Source of the DNA: an uncultured Candidatus Saccharibacteria bacterium
GTDB taxonomy: Bacteria > Patescibacteriota > Minisyncoccia > Phycocordibacterales > UBA2100
Length of the DNA stretch: 64,000 bases
Assembly: GCA_964623775.1 (NCBI GenBank)
Contig: CAZUVH010000002.1
Span: 1,089 to 65,088 of the forward strand
Direction: 5' to 3'
In this document: positions 39,314 through 49,060 of the stretch, one piece after another
Numbering within the stretch: the stretch's first letter is position 1
Layout of the letters: the number at the start of each line of letters is the position of its first letter
Made by a program: the position numbers and the translations under genes
The notes under the pieces: generated by a model
The model's database searches: none
What the model was told of the DNA's origin: nothing
Seen by the model: only the letters and a program-made list of their open reading frames with translations

Positions 39314-39316
39314 CTC

Positions 39317-39826
39317 ATGGAACCTAATCTAGAGTTTGTGCGTCTATCGCCCGATGAATGGGAGAAGGCGAAGGAATTTCGCATACGAGCAGTCACCGAC
39401 CAGCCACGAGCTTTCGGCTCTACACCTGAAGAAGATAACGAAATTCCCGAAGAAGAATGGCGACGCAGACTGACAGAAAAATCATCACTGTACGCACAAG
39501 AAGAGGGTAAGTTGCTCGGCACAGTTGCTGTCGTGCCAGAAAAAGATACAAAATCGAGACATATCGCAAATATATGGAGCGTCTATGTCGTTCCCGAGTC
39601 TCGCGGAAAAGGTATTGCGAGAGAGTTACTTACTCGCGCTATGCGCGCGGCCGTAGAGACGCATCCCGACCTGGTTAAGTTCAGGCTCACGGTGACCGTG
39701 ACACAGCAAGAGGCATTGAAGCTTTATGAAAGTCTCGGATTCGAGCGTGTCGGACTTTTCAAGAAAGAACTTCTGGCAAATGGAGAATTCATTGACGAGA
39801 TCGTCATGGAGAAGTATTTGAGCTAG
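39317..39826 (+). CDS. GNAT-family N-acetyltransferase
   Basis: Acetyl-CoA binding VVPESRGKGIARELL motif. Confidence 0.7.
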   Translation: MEPNLEFVRLSPDEWEKAKEFRIRAVTDQPRAFGSTPEEDNEIPEEEWRRRLTEKSSLYAQEEGKLLGTVAVVPEKDTKSRHIANIWSVYVVPESRGKGIARELLTRAMRAAVETHPDLVKFRLTVTVTQQEALKLYESLGFERVGLFKKELLANGEFIDEIVMEKYLS

Positions 39827-39834
39827 CGCTTCGT

Positions 39835-40305
39835 ATGAATGTTCTAAAAAGAGTTGGTTATTTCATTTCGCTGATAACGATCTATTTCGCGAACAGTGCA
39901 CGGTCAATTATTTCGCCGGGCAGCATGAGCGGTGCCCGCATAATCTTGTTGCAGGAAGACCGGGTACTTTTGGTCAATCATTATCATGCGCCGTGGGTCT
40001 GGACGCTTCCGGGCGGCGGCATTGAGAAGGATGAATCGCCGGAGGCCGCGGCGATCCGTGAAGTAAAAGAAGAAACGGGGCTGGATCTCCTATCAATGAC
40101 TAAGATCGGCGCCTTTTTAAACACGCGAAAAGGGGAGACCCATGTCTTCTATTCCACCCGCTTTGAAGGGGTCATTTCCCCCACCGTCAAATTTGAAATA
40201 ATGGAGTGCAAATGGTTTCCGCTCGATCAACTTCCTGAAGAATTTTTTGAGATCGATCGCGCGCACGTAGAAAATTATCTCAATCTCACTTCCCCAAAAG
40301 TCTGA
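39835..40305 (+). CDS. Nudix hydrolase
   Basis: Nudix box GGGIEKDESPEAAAIREVKEETGL. Confidence 0.75.
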   Translation: MNVLKRVGYFISLITIYFANSARSIISPGSMSGARIILLQEDRVLLVNHYHAPWVWTLPGGGIEKDESPEAAAIREVKEETGLDLLSMTKIGAFLNTRKGETHVFYSTRFEGVISPTVKFEIMECKWFPLDQLPEEFFEIDRAHVENYLNLTSPKV

Positions 40306-40325
40306 TTTTTTGACCGATCCCCCGA

Positions 40326-40350
40326 TTGGGGTAGGGGAAGTAACCCCTTT
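40326..40350 (+). terminator. intrinsic terminator
   Basis: gggg-aagtaa-cccc followed by ttttag. Confidence 0.45.
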
Positions 40351-40963
40351 TAGCTGGCCTGGAAAAAAATCGATGGAAAATTTCTGATAGTAATTGTATT
40401 GCGAATAAATCTTAATTGAAAAAATAATTTTGCGACACATAGCCCATCCGAGGTAGGGGTGTGGATAACTTGACGGCTTCATGTTGTAATATTAGTCTAA
40501 CGTCGCACAATATATCTTTTGCGACGCTTATGCCTAGAGAAAAGGCCTGCGCGCGACCCGTCCGCTCCCTGGCCTTCCGCTCACGCGTATCGTATGTCGA
40601 TCTATGACGTGAGTGCATGAGTGCCCCATCGCCTCTTTGTATTTATTGCTGCATCCTGGGCGCTCGGTTTCCCTCGACATTTGATCGGTCACTTTTTTCC
40701 GAGCTCGCCAATGTATCGGCCACACTTGGGCCAACTGGGCTTTCCGAGCCCTTAAAAATGGTCCAAATCGGGGGAGTCGGCCGTACCCAGATACCTATAG
40801 AAGCCCTCAAAATGTCGTTTTGGAGGCCCTTGAGTCCCCCAATTTTGCCCCCTTAAAGGGGAGTCGCGTTTGGAAAATATTTACGTAATTTTTTTCAACC
40901 ATACTTCCCTGCCTCGAGTAAAATTTTTTGTAGAATTTTTTAAAATAAGTTTTCAAAAATATT

Positions 40964-41251
40964 TTACATTTCAAATAGAAACAAAGTCACGAGCGGCACA
41001 AGCGCGGCTACGATCTGGAGCAGAATGATCAAAATGGTCTGTGCCGGATACCTGAAAATCCATTTAAATCCAAAAAAAGCGATTATCGGAGCCTGGGCAA
41101 TCATGAGAAGCTGGAAAATGCGAGCCGCAGTCCCCTCGTCTTCTTGCTGCGCTGTGCCGAAGAGTACCACGTATCCGAGCAGTACCGTGAGCGCAAAAAA
41201 AGACATCATCATCGGCACCCAAGCACTCGGCTTCCTGAGCAACCCAATCAT
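40964..41251 (-). CDS. small three-TM membrane protein (hypothetical)
   Basis: 95 aa, hydrophobic. Confidence 0.4.
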   Translation of the reverse strand: MIGLLRKPSAWVPMMMSFFALTVLLGYVVLFGTAQQEDEGTAARIFQLLMIAQAPIIAFFGFKWIFRYPAQTILIILLQIVAALVPLVTLFLFEM

Positions 41252-41386
41252 CTATAAATAGTACCTCAAAAAAATGTTTGTCTTTCCCAGGTGGTTTTGT
41301 ATAGTCGTATCAGCAACAGTGGAGGAATGGCCCTTGCACGTGTTGCTAGGGCTGCTTTTTTAGGCAGCCAAACGTATAATGCCACC

Positions 41387-42037
41387 ATGCGATACGCCGA
41401 TCGGATCAAGAAAATTCTATCCCCTGCCGAGCGGAAATTTTTTCAAAAGTTGAATACTCCGCAAAAGATACAGAACTATCTGGATACAATTCCGGTCAAT
41501 TTCGAGGAAGTCGGCGAGACGTACATGTCTCCGAGGCGCACGATCGTCGCAAAAAAGGCGCACTGTCTTGAGGCGGCGCTCCTGGCGGCGGCAGCGCTTG
41601 CATATCATGGTCAGCGACCGCTTCTCATGGACCTACAGACCATCCCTGATTCCGACGACCAGGATCACGTCGTGACACTTTTTCAAATACATGGATATTG
41701 GGGCGCGATCAGTAAGACCAATCATGCGGTGCTCCGCTATCGCGATCCGGTCTATCGCTCGGTACGCGAGCTGGCGCTCTCGTATTTCCACGAATATTTC
41801 ATGGATGACGGCCTCAAGTCGCTTCGCAAATATTCAAAACCCTTTGATCTCTCCAAGTACGCGCCGGAAAAATGGATAACGGCAGGGGACGACCTCTTTT
41901 GGCTTATCGAGCCGCTCGACTCCTCTCCCCACTTCCCTCTCGTGCCGAAGAAAAATTTGCGACAGCTTCGCCACGCGACACAGGCAGAGCTCGATGCGAC
42001 GGATTACATCGAATGGAAGCGGCCGGTAAAAAAATAG
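41387..42037 (+). CDS. hypothetical protein (possible Cys/His hydrolase fold)
   Basis: Start assumed at the MRYADRIKK Met; CLEAALLAAAALAYHG followed by D/H-rich segment; weak. Confidence 0.4.
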   Translation: MRYADRIKKILSPAERKFFQKLNTPQKIQNYLDTIPVNFEEVGETYMSPRRTIVAKKAHCLEAALLAAAALAYHGQRPLLMDLQTIPDSDDQDHVVTLFQIHGYWGAISKTNHAVLRYRDPVYRSVRELALSYFHEYFMDDGLKSLRKYSKPFDLSKYAPEKWITAGDDLFWLIEPLDSSPHFPLVPKKNLRQLRHATQAELDATDYIEWKRPVKK

Positions 42038-42039
42038 AA

Positions 42040-42062
42040 CCCCGACATTGTCGGGGTTCTGC
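42040..42062. terminator. bidirectional intrinsic terminator
   Basis: aaccccgac-attg-tcggggtt; strong T-run on the minus strand. Confidence 0.6.
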
Positions 42063-42614
42063 TCATACGGCTCTCGGGTAAATCCTGAGTGCGTCTCGGT
42101 ATGCGAGCTCAAAGACCATGTCCAGAAATCCGCTAACCCCGTTGCATTCTTTCGCGATTGCAGCTGCACCTTTGACGTAATCGGTGCATTTCTGATAATC
42201 CCAATCGAGCGGAGGGTCACGAGTGACCAGGTATGTATTGGATGTCTGGTCGGATTTTTTGATCCGCTTTACTCCGGGGCTCTTGCACCGGATGCGTTCG
42301 GCTTGTTTCAGTTTCCGCTCGAGTAGCGGGAGATTCGCAAATTCGGGCGGATCAGTGAGGCCATCGACCAATTCTGCAACTTCAGGACCGAAGATTTCCT
42401 TGATCTCTTCGAGTGTGGTCTCAGTGTCTTCTACGGAGTCATGGAGCCATGCGGCGGCGACTTCTTCATACGAGCCGCCGGAATGTTCGACGAGTCTCGC
42501 AACTTCTTCGAGGTGCATCCAGATCGGATCTTGCTTCTTGTTGGGCCGTGTATGACCCGCGTGCCGCTCTATGGCAAAGGCGCGGGCCATCTCGACTAAT
42601 AATGTGCCATCCAT
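42063..42614 (-). CDS. HD-domain protein, SpoT/RelA-type (p)ppGpp hydrolase-like (paralog of 9785..10339)
   Basis: ERHAGHTR...AAAWLHDSVEDT motif. Confidence 0.65.
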   Translation of the reverse strand: MDGTLLVEMARAFAIERHAGHTRPNKKQDPIWMHLEEVARLVEHSGGSYEEVAAAWLHDSVEDTETTLEEIKEIFGPEVAELVDGLTDPPEFANLPLLERKLKQAERIRCKSPGVKRIKKSDQTSNTYLVTRDPPLDWDYQKCTDYVKGAAAIAKECNGVSGFLDMVFELAYRDALRIYPRAV

Positions 42615-42666
42615 TTTCGTATCCCTTTTGTGTCTGGAGGCACACTACCAGAGCCCAAAAAAATGA

Positions 42667-42697
42667 AAAGCCTCGGCAGCATGTGTGCCGAGGCTTT
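42667..42697 (-). terminator. intrinsic terminator
   Basis: gcctcggca-gcatgtg-tgccgaggc; minus strand followed by ttttcattttttt. Confidence 0.65.
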
Positions 42698-42707
42698 GTG
42701 AGTCGCT

Positions 42708-43058
42708 TCAGCGACTCTGGTGGGGTCTGGGACGGATCTCGAGGATACGCTTGTCGGCCTCGAGGGCTACCATGAGAGCGTCGGCCCTATTGATGGCTCG
42801 CCGAGCGTTCTTTATGGTTTTCCCGGTGCGCTCAGCCATCTCCTTTTCGGACCGTCGGCAGAGCTCGATCACCTCCGCTTCGGGGATGCCGTGCGCGACG
42901 ACCTCGTAGTCCTTGTGACCTGCTCTCTTGCACCGTCTCAGCCAGGCCTTGAATTCTTCCGCACTCTCGAACCTGTGCTTCGTGACCAGGCCCCTGTAAT
43001 CAGGGCCAGTATGATTGGTGTAGCGGAGCGCGACATGGTACCCAGCGTCGTTTTTCAT
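42708..43058 (-). CDS. hypothetical protein
   Basis: 116-aa basic protein, no motifs. Confidence 0.4.
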   Translation of the reverse strand: MKNDAGYHVALRYTNHTGPDYRGLVTKHRFESAEEFKAWLRRCKRAGHKDYEVVAHGIPEAEVIELCRRSEKEMAERTGKTIKNARRAINRADALMVALEADKRILEIRPRPHQSR

Positions 43059-43154
43059 GGCCAGTATCCTCTGGTTTGTTGACCAGTTAATATTTTAACA
43101 CGACCGGTAATCCTGTCAAGATTATTTAACACCGTTTTTGACAAAAGGACGTAA

Positions 43155-43646
43155 ATGTCATATTTTGCAGATAGAAAATCTAAACGATTGGAGGTTCAGA
43201 TGTCAGCGAAGACGAGGCCCAAAGTCCTTTTAGTAAGGCGCAGTTTTGTGCGCCGAGAGGAGGACGGCCAATTACTGCTCATTAGGCGCTCACCGGACGA
43301 TGTGAGTAATGCGGGTCTCTGGGAAGCCCCCGGCGGGAAGGTCGAGATCGGTCAGGATCTCGTGGAAGCGCTCGAGATCGAAGTGCGCCAAGAGACTGGG
43401 TACCTGATTCAGGTCACACATCCCCTTTGCACTGTCGAATCACGCATGATTCCGTCCGGAAAATATCGCGGACATCTGTATCTCGCACTCTTCAGTGTTT
43501 CGAGGATCGTCGGCGGTACCTTTGCTCTCAGTCACGAGCACTCAGAGCACGCATGGGTCACGTACAAGCAGATGCTCTCTGGGAAACGCGAGCTCACTCA
43601 GGAAGTCTGGAAAGCGGCGATCACGATGGAGAAGTATCTTCAATAG
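43155..43646 (+). CDS. Nudix hydrolase
   Basis: Nudix box PGGKVEIGQDLVEALEIEVRQETGY. Confidence 0.7.
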   Translation: MSYFADRKSKRLEVQMSAKTRPKVLLVRRSFVRREEDGQLLLIRRSPDDVSNAGLWEAPGGKVEIGQDLVEALEIEVRQETGYLIQVTHPLCTVESRMIPSGKYRGHLYLALFSVSRIVGGTFALSHEHSEHAWVTYKQMLSGKRELTQEVWKAAITMEKYLQ

Positions 43647-43684
43647 AAACACTCGGACTGTCTCTTCGGAGGCAGTCTTCTTTT

Positions 43685-44965
43685 TTATAAGTAATTGAGC
43701 GGATTCAGGTAGCCGCCGAGTGACTGAGTGACCGGCATCACCACGTTGGCACATGGTGTACTCTTGGATTGCGTAGCCTCGCCGAGCTTGATGATTTGCG
43801 TGTTGGAGGTGACATATACGCCGAAGTGCAGGTGTGGGCCTGTGGCGTAGCCGGTCTCGCCGCTATAGCCGATGATTTGACCGGTGCTGACCGATTGACC
43901 GGGCACAGCCTTTATTTGCGAGAGGTGCGAATACATAGTGGAGAGGCCGTTGGAGTGTTTGATCATCACCCATTTTCCAAAGGAATAGCATCTGCCCACG
44001 TCGGTGTCTCCCGTCCCGATGACCACGCCCGAGAGTGCTGCTTTGAGCGGAGTGCCGATCGGTGCAGCGAGGTCGATACCATTGTGTCCCTTGCCGTTGT
44101 ATGCCCCCGATGCAGCAAACTGCGTATTACCGAAATACTGTGTAATGCGCACGTTGTCGACCGGCCACGAAAGGATTCCCTTGCCGGCTGTCGGGATTTT
44201 CGAAGGATCGATTGCTTGTTGGAATTTTGCATTGAGATCAAGAAGGGCCGCCTCGAATCCCGCCTTTGCCGCCTGCTTTTGGGCGAGGATGTCCTGGAAT
44301 GTCGATTCCTGTGCCCGCGTTTTTTTCAGGAGGTCGGTCTGCGCGACCTTTACGGCACTGAGCGATCCCTGTTGCGCTATGAGATCGTTTTGCTGACGCA
44401 CGAGCTTTGCTTTAGCCTCTTCCGTCTTTTTCTTTGTGTCTTCAAGCGATTGTTTTTCCTGCGCGAGTATCTCGATCTTTTCTCGGACAGCGTCTTGTAG
44501 AGTGCGCAGATCGTTGGTCTCTTGCCAGATAGCCGATACATTTCGTGAAGAGAGTACCTGCAACACGAGCGGAGCCGACTCCATTTCGGCGAGCTTGCGC
44601 AAAGATTCGCCCACGCCCTCCATGCCTTGTCCTATGGAATCTTCCTTGCCTGCGATATTCGTGGAGAGTTGCTGGATCGTAAGCTGAGTCGTCTTGATCT
44701 GATTTTTCGTCTTTGTGATTGAGGCGTTGAGCTTTTTGATCTGCAAATTGAGCCCGTCGATCGTGTTTTGGAGGGTCTTCTTTTGGGTAGAGACGGTATC
44801 AAGTTGCTTTTGATACTGGTCAATCTCAGCATCGAGCGCCTTGAGTTTCTCATTCTGGCTCTTTATCTCAAGCAAGATTTCGTCCGCGGACTGCGCAATA
44901 GAGATGATTGGAAAGAGGGCGACGAGAGCGAAGCAGGCAGCAATAAAAGACGTAGCATTCTTCAT
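43685..44965 (-). CDS. M23-family metallopeptidase with N-terminal coiled coil (EnvC/LytM-like)
   Basis: Signal peptide, about 250 aa coiled coil, C-terminal M23 motifs HNGIDLAAPIGTP and HLHFGV. Start taken at the MKNATSF Met. Confidence 0.8.
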   Translation of the reverse strand: MKNATSFIAACFALVALFPIISIAQSADEILLEIKSQNEKLKALDAEIDQYQKQLDTVSTQKKTLQNTIDGLNLQIKKLNASITKTKNQIKTTQLTIQQLSTNIAGKEDSIGQGMEGVGESLRKLAEMESAPLVLQVLSSRNVSAIWQETNDLRTLQDAVREKIEILAQEKQSLEDTKKKTEEAKAKLVRQQNDLIAQQGSLSAVKVAQTDLLKKTRAQESTFQDILAQKQAAKAGFEAALLDLNAKFQQAIDPSKIPTAGKGILSWPVDNVRITQYFGNTQFAASGAYNGKGHNGIDLAAPIGTPLKAALSGVVIGTGDTDVGRCYSFGKWVMIKHSNGLSTMYSHLSQIKAVPGQSVSTGQIIGYSGETGYATGPHLHFGVYVTSNTQIIKLGEATQSKSTPCANVVMPVTQSLGGYLNPLNYL

Positions 44966-46308
44966 GACATAAGAGCCCCTATAGCTGATTTGACGCGTCT
45001 GAGGGTGGACTCTTTCCCAATAATTGATGCAATTACAAATGGGTCGGGGGATTTTGCACGACCGGAGAGTGAAAAGCGCAAGGGCCAAAGCACCTCTCCA
45101 CGACCTTTTTCTGTGGCGTAGTCCCAGAGGAGTGCCTTTATCTGATCGGGGGATTCAAACTGCGCATCCGACGCCTTTTCAAGGATTTCGGCCACCTGTC
45201 CTAGGTGTAGGGAAGCCACTTCCCTGCCACTCCCCTTCTGAGGGATATCACCTGCGGCCGGTTGTGGATCTTTGAAGAAATAGCCAAAATCTCCTGCTTC
45301 GACGAGGTTCTTTATGTCCTGCCATACATAAATATGTTCCATCACGATGGGCAGCACCTTTTTTCCAACAAGCTCATCCCAGTCATGACCATGCCTCTCA
45401 AGGGCCTCGTGTAGAAGTCCTAATGCGTAACTTGTCTCTCCCGATGCTACAACCTTATTTATGTACTGCTTATTGAACCACTGAAGTTTTTCGATATCAA
45501 AAACTGCGCCGCTTTTGTGCAGATCCTTGAGTTCAAATTCATCAATCATTTCGCCGAGCGATAAGATTTCTTTTCCGGAAGGCGGTGTCCATCCGAGGAC
45601 TGCAATGTAGTTGAGCAGTGCCTCAGAGAGGTATCCTTTCTCGCGATATGAGTGTACCGACACGTCGCCGGTTCTTTTTGAAAGTTTTGATTTGTCCGCA
45701 CCGAGATGCAGTGGGTAATGGGCGTATATGGGACGCGAGTACCCAAGCGCTTCTTGGATAAGAATTTGGCGGGGTGTGTTGGAGATGTGATCTTCGCCAC
45801 GGATGACATGTGTAATTCCCTGGAGAGCATCGTCGACAACGACTGCGAGATGGTACAAAGGATCGTCGATTGCTCGGCCGATTGCGAAGTCTTGAAGCTC
45901 TGTCGTGTCGAATGTGATGTCTCCGCGGATCTCGTCATGAAAGGTGATAACTTTTCCTGGATTCCTGAGCCGAATGACCTCAACCATTTTTCCGGGCTCT
46001 TTCTTACTCTCCTCCTTGGATACGTATGCCTTGTCAGAATTCACCAGGTCAAGCATCGCCTTCTTATGGTTTTCGACAAGCTCTGTTGTGCGATAGAATT
46101 CGTCCCAATCGAGCCCGAGCCATTTGAGTTGTTCTATAATGTCCTCCTCAAACTCTCGCTTACTTCGCTCTTTGTCAGTGTCTTCGCTTCGGAAAATTAT
46201 TTTGCCGCTATTTTTGCGCGCAAACAGGTAATTCAAAATCGCCATTCGGGCAGTGCCGACATGACAATACCCTGTAGGGCTGGGCGGAAAACGTACTTTT
46301 ATATTCAT
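44962..46308 (-). CDS. gltX: glutamyl-tRNA synthetase
   Basis: RFPPSPTGYCHVGTARMAI (HIGH), KLSKRTG (KMSKS), 448 aa. Confidence 0.9.
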   Translation of the reverse strand: MNIKVRFPPSPTGYCHVGTARMAILNYLFARKNSGKIIFRSEDTDKERSKREFEEDIIEQLKWLGLDWDEFYRTTELVENHKKAMLDLVNSDKAYVSKEESKKEPGKMVEVIRLRNPGKVITFHDEIRGDITFDTTELQDFAIGRAIDDPLYHLAVVVDDALQGITHVIRGEDHISNTPRQILIQEALGYSRPIYAHYPLHLGADKSKLSKRTGDVSVHSYREKGYLSEALLNYIAVLGWTPPSGKEILSLGEMIDEFELKDLHKSGAVFDIEKLQWFNKQYINKVVASGETSYALGLLHEALERHGHDWDELVGKKVLPIVMEHIYVWQDIKNLVEAGDFGYFFKDPQPAAGDIPQKGSGREVASLHLGQVAEILEKASDAQFESPDQIKALLWDYATEKGRGEVLWPLRFSLSGRAKSPDPFVIASIIGKESTLRRVKSAIGALMS

Positions 46309-47447
46309 ATAGGTTCATGCGAGATGGCCACATCGAGAAGTATCTTGGCAATTTTACGTGCGGCATCGGGTCTTGCAAATGTGTGGGCAGCCTCGATCAT
46401 TTTCTTCTTGAGATCTGGGCTGTTCATGATGCGATCGATTTCTGAGATGAGGACATGCGGCGTGAGATTCTGCTGCTCTATCACGATTGCGCCACCCATG
46501 CGTGCATATGAAAAAGCGTTTTCAATCTGATCGTGCGAGACCTCTTCGGGGATCGGAATGAGAATCGCGGGGATGCCCCAGCTTGCGATCTCGAAGATCG
46601 TACCGCTGCCGGCGCGTGCAACGACGAGCGAGGACACGCCTGCCGCCATTCGCAGTGCAAGTGTATTGAGCAGACCGTAGGCTTTGTAGCGATCCTTATA
46701 TTGCGACTCTTTCAGAACGACAGATGCTATCTGACTCGCCTCCAGGACATTTTTTGATCCGCACTGATGGACCACGTTGTAGCGAGTCACGAGATCCTGC
46801 AGCGCGTCGAGCACCGTACCATTGATCGCTTGCGCACCCTGCGATCCGCCGGTAATAAAGACCACGGGAACGGTCGGATCAAGTTTCAAAAATTCATATC
46901 CGCCTTCCGGCGCCGGATGCTCGATCTCTTTGCGGATTGGATGGCCGATACGTGCAATCTTGTCTCTGTATTTGGGCGAGAAATTTTGCGCTGCTTCCGG
47001 ATGTGCGAGGCCAATCCAGCGAGCGAATTTTGATGACCAGAGCGAGACGCGGCCCGGGGTGGCGTCGGCGTCGTATATGACGACGGGGATATTGAGGAGG
47101 CGCGCGGCGTAGAGTGTCGGGAAGGCCGCATAGCCGCCCGTAGAAAATATGACATCCGGATAGAGCGCAAAGAGCTGGAATATGGATTTGATGATACCTG
47201 CCGCTGTCTTAAACAGGTCGAGGAAATTGAGGATACTCGGATAGCGTCGTATGCGACCGGCAGGACTTGGCTTGTACTCGATATCATGCTCTTGGAGGGC
47301 GATGGCATCAAAAGGCGGTGGGCCGATGTAGTAGAGCTCAGGCTCGAGCAGAGCACGCTCTTTGCAGATGTCTTCCATCGCCTCTGCGACGGCAATCAGC
47401 GGGTAGAAATGCCCGCCCGTGCCACCTCCTGTGAGCCCAATACGCAT
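46305..47447 (-). CDS. murG: undecaprenyldiphospho-muramoylpentapeptide beta-N-acetylglucosaminyltransferase MurG
   Basis: MRIGLTGGGTGGHFYPLIAVAEAM N-terminus; GT28 C-terminal domain. Confidence 0.9.
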   Translation of the reverse strand: MRIGLTGGGTGGHFYPLIAVAEAMEDICKERALLEPELYYIGPPPFDAIALQEHDIEYKPSPAGRIRRYPSILNFLDLFKTAAGIIKSIFQLFALYPDVIFSTGGYAAFPTLYAARLLNIPVVIYDADATPGRVSLWSSKFARWIGLAHPEAAQNFSPKYRDKIARIGHPIRKEIEHPAPEGGYEFLKLDPTVPVVFITGGSQGAQAINGTVLDALQDLVTRYNVVHQCGSKNVLEASQIASVVLKESQYKDRYKAYGLLNTLALRMAAGVSSLVVARAGSGTIFEIASWGIPAILIPIPEEVSHDQIENAFSYARMGGAIVIEQQNLTPHVLISEIDRIMNSPDLKKKMIEAAHTFARPDAARKIAKILLDVAISHEPI

Positions 47448-47518
47448 CCTGTTATTCTATCAAAAAAATTGAGGCCCACCTTGGTAGATGGGCCTCATGA
47501 CAGTGCCTGTGCGCGTCT

Positions 47519-47791
47519 CTATTTTAGCTTCAGAATACCAGCAAGATTTCCGCAAGGAACCAAGACTGTACTCGGCGTATTGAGTCCACCCGTCTGTAGG
47601 CTCGGAAGTTGAGCAAAGCACAGATCAGTGCGATCGTCCTTCAGGTATACAATATGCGCTGGCTCAAGGATTCTGTACGGGGTTGGCGCCTTGGCCTGAA
47701 CCGATGCCCTCGTTGCGAGCACAACAATCACCGCAACACCTAAAAGGAGGAGCACCACAGCACCCAAAAGATACTTATTCGTTGCAGTCAC
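47519..47791 (-). CDS. small single-TM protein (hypothetical) within dcw-like cluster
   Basis: 90 aa with one N-terminal TM. Confidence 0.35.
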   Translation of the reverse strand: MTATNKYLLGAVVLLLLGVAVIVVLATRASVQAKAPTPYRILEPAHIVYLKDDRTDLCFAQLPSLQTGGLNTPSTVLVPCGNLAGILKLK

Positions 47792-47854
47792 TTTTCAACC
47801 TCCAATGTTGGCTTGACTACAGCAACTTATACCTTAAATCGAGGGTCAAGTATA

Positions 47855-48970
47855 CTAACGCTTTACAGCGCGATGGCGCGAGACACTGAGGAGGATTCCG
47901 GCGGCAGCGAGCGAGGCGAGCATGGCTGAGCCACCCTGGCTTATAAAGGTGAGCGGGATACCGGTGAGAGGCGCGACGCCGAGCATCGCTGCGATATTGA
48001 TGAATGCTTCGATCGATAGATAGGTCGCAATACCGACCCCCAAAAGCGCGCCAAATGGATCGGACGATCGTGTGGAGATCGCAAATCCTCGTAGCGCAAA
48101 AGCGAGGAAAAGGAATATGAGTACAACTGATCCGACAAAGCCAAGCTCTTCGGCAGCAACGGCAAAAATCGAATCCCCCATCGGCTCAGGTAGATAGGTG
48201 AATTTTTGCACACCTTGGCCAAAACCTCTCCCTGTCAGTCCACCAGAGCCGATCGCGATCAAGGATTGCCGTATCTGATAACTCTCGGCCTGTTGACCCT
48301 GAGCAGGATTGATAAAGGTCATGACTCGATCGCGCATATACGGCCGTGCCATGGTGAGGACACTGAGGGCTAATAGCCCGAGGCAGATTGCCGTTGCTAT
48401 GTGTTGCCAGCGCGCACCTGCCGCAAAATAGACGGCAAAGAGCGAAATCGTAATGATGCCCAGTGTGCCAATATCTGGCTGCAACACCATGATGATCACT
48501 GGCGCGGCAAGTATTCCCAAGAAGCCGCCAAGCCCGTATTTCCATGTCGAAATGAATGAATGCATCGATGCAAAGTACGCAGCGCCCATCACGATCACGG
48601 CAATCTTGAGAAATTCAGACGGCTGTACCGAGACACCGAAAAGATCGAGCCACCGCTTGCCGCCGCCGTGTTCCATGCCGATTTGTGGCACAAAAACGAG
48701 CGACGTGAAAACGAGTGCAAGCACGTAGAGATACGGCGCGAACCGTCGCCAGTATTTGTAATCGATATACATGGCAATGACGAGTGCGATCACGCCAAGT
48801 CCAATGCCGAGCACAAGATGATTGAAAACAACCGATGAGATCACCGTGGAGCCGCGTGCGACGAGTCCAAATGCGGCAGACGCGAAAATCATCGCTCCAG
48901 CCACAACGAGCGCTCCAATTAGAAAAGCCAGTATTTTGTCGATATGACCGCTGCGCCTGAACACACTCAT
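47855..48970 (-). CDS. ftsW: SEDS-family peptidoglycan glycosyltransferase FtsW/RodA
   Basis: Ten-TM SEDS architecture, conserved GGLTGRGFGQG...PEPMGDSIF block. Confidence 0.85.
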   Translation of the reverse strand: MSVFRRSGHIDKILAFLIGALVVAGAMIFASAAFGLVARGSTVISSVVFNHLVLGIGLGVIALVIAMYIDYKYWRRFAPYLYVLALVFTSLVFVPQIGMEHGGGKRWLDLFGVSVQPSEFLKIAVIVMGAAYFASMHSFISTWKYGLGGFLGILAAPVIIMVLQPDIGTLGIITISLFAVYFAAGARWQHIATAICLGLLALSVLTMARPYMRDRVMTFINPAQGQQAESYQIRQSLIAIGSGGLTGRGFGQGVQKFTYLPEPMGDSIFAVAAEELGFVGSVVLIFLFLAFALRGFAISTRSSDPFGALLGVGIATYLSIEAFINIAAMLGVAPLTGIPLTFISQGGSAMLASLAAAGILLSVSRHRAVKR

Positions 48971-49060
48971 ATTATATACGGCTTATACACCCGCCGTACT
49001 CATGAATATTTCACCCGCCGCAGACTACCCTCATACATATTTTGAGTAAATCAATACCGT

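Noticed and set aside
40306-40963. tRNA, tmRNA, RNase P RNA or SRP RNA in the large noncoding gap
   Set aside because: Searched by eye for T-loop GGTTCGAATCC-like, tmRNA 3' end, RNase P P4 strands (GGAAAGTCCGGGC / ACAGAACCCGGCTTA) and SRP GGAAGCAGCC on both strands; none present.
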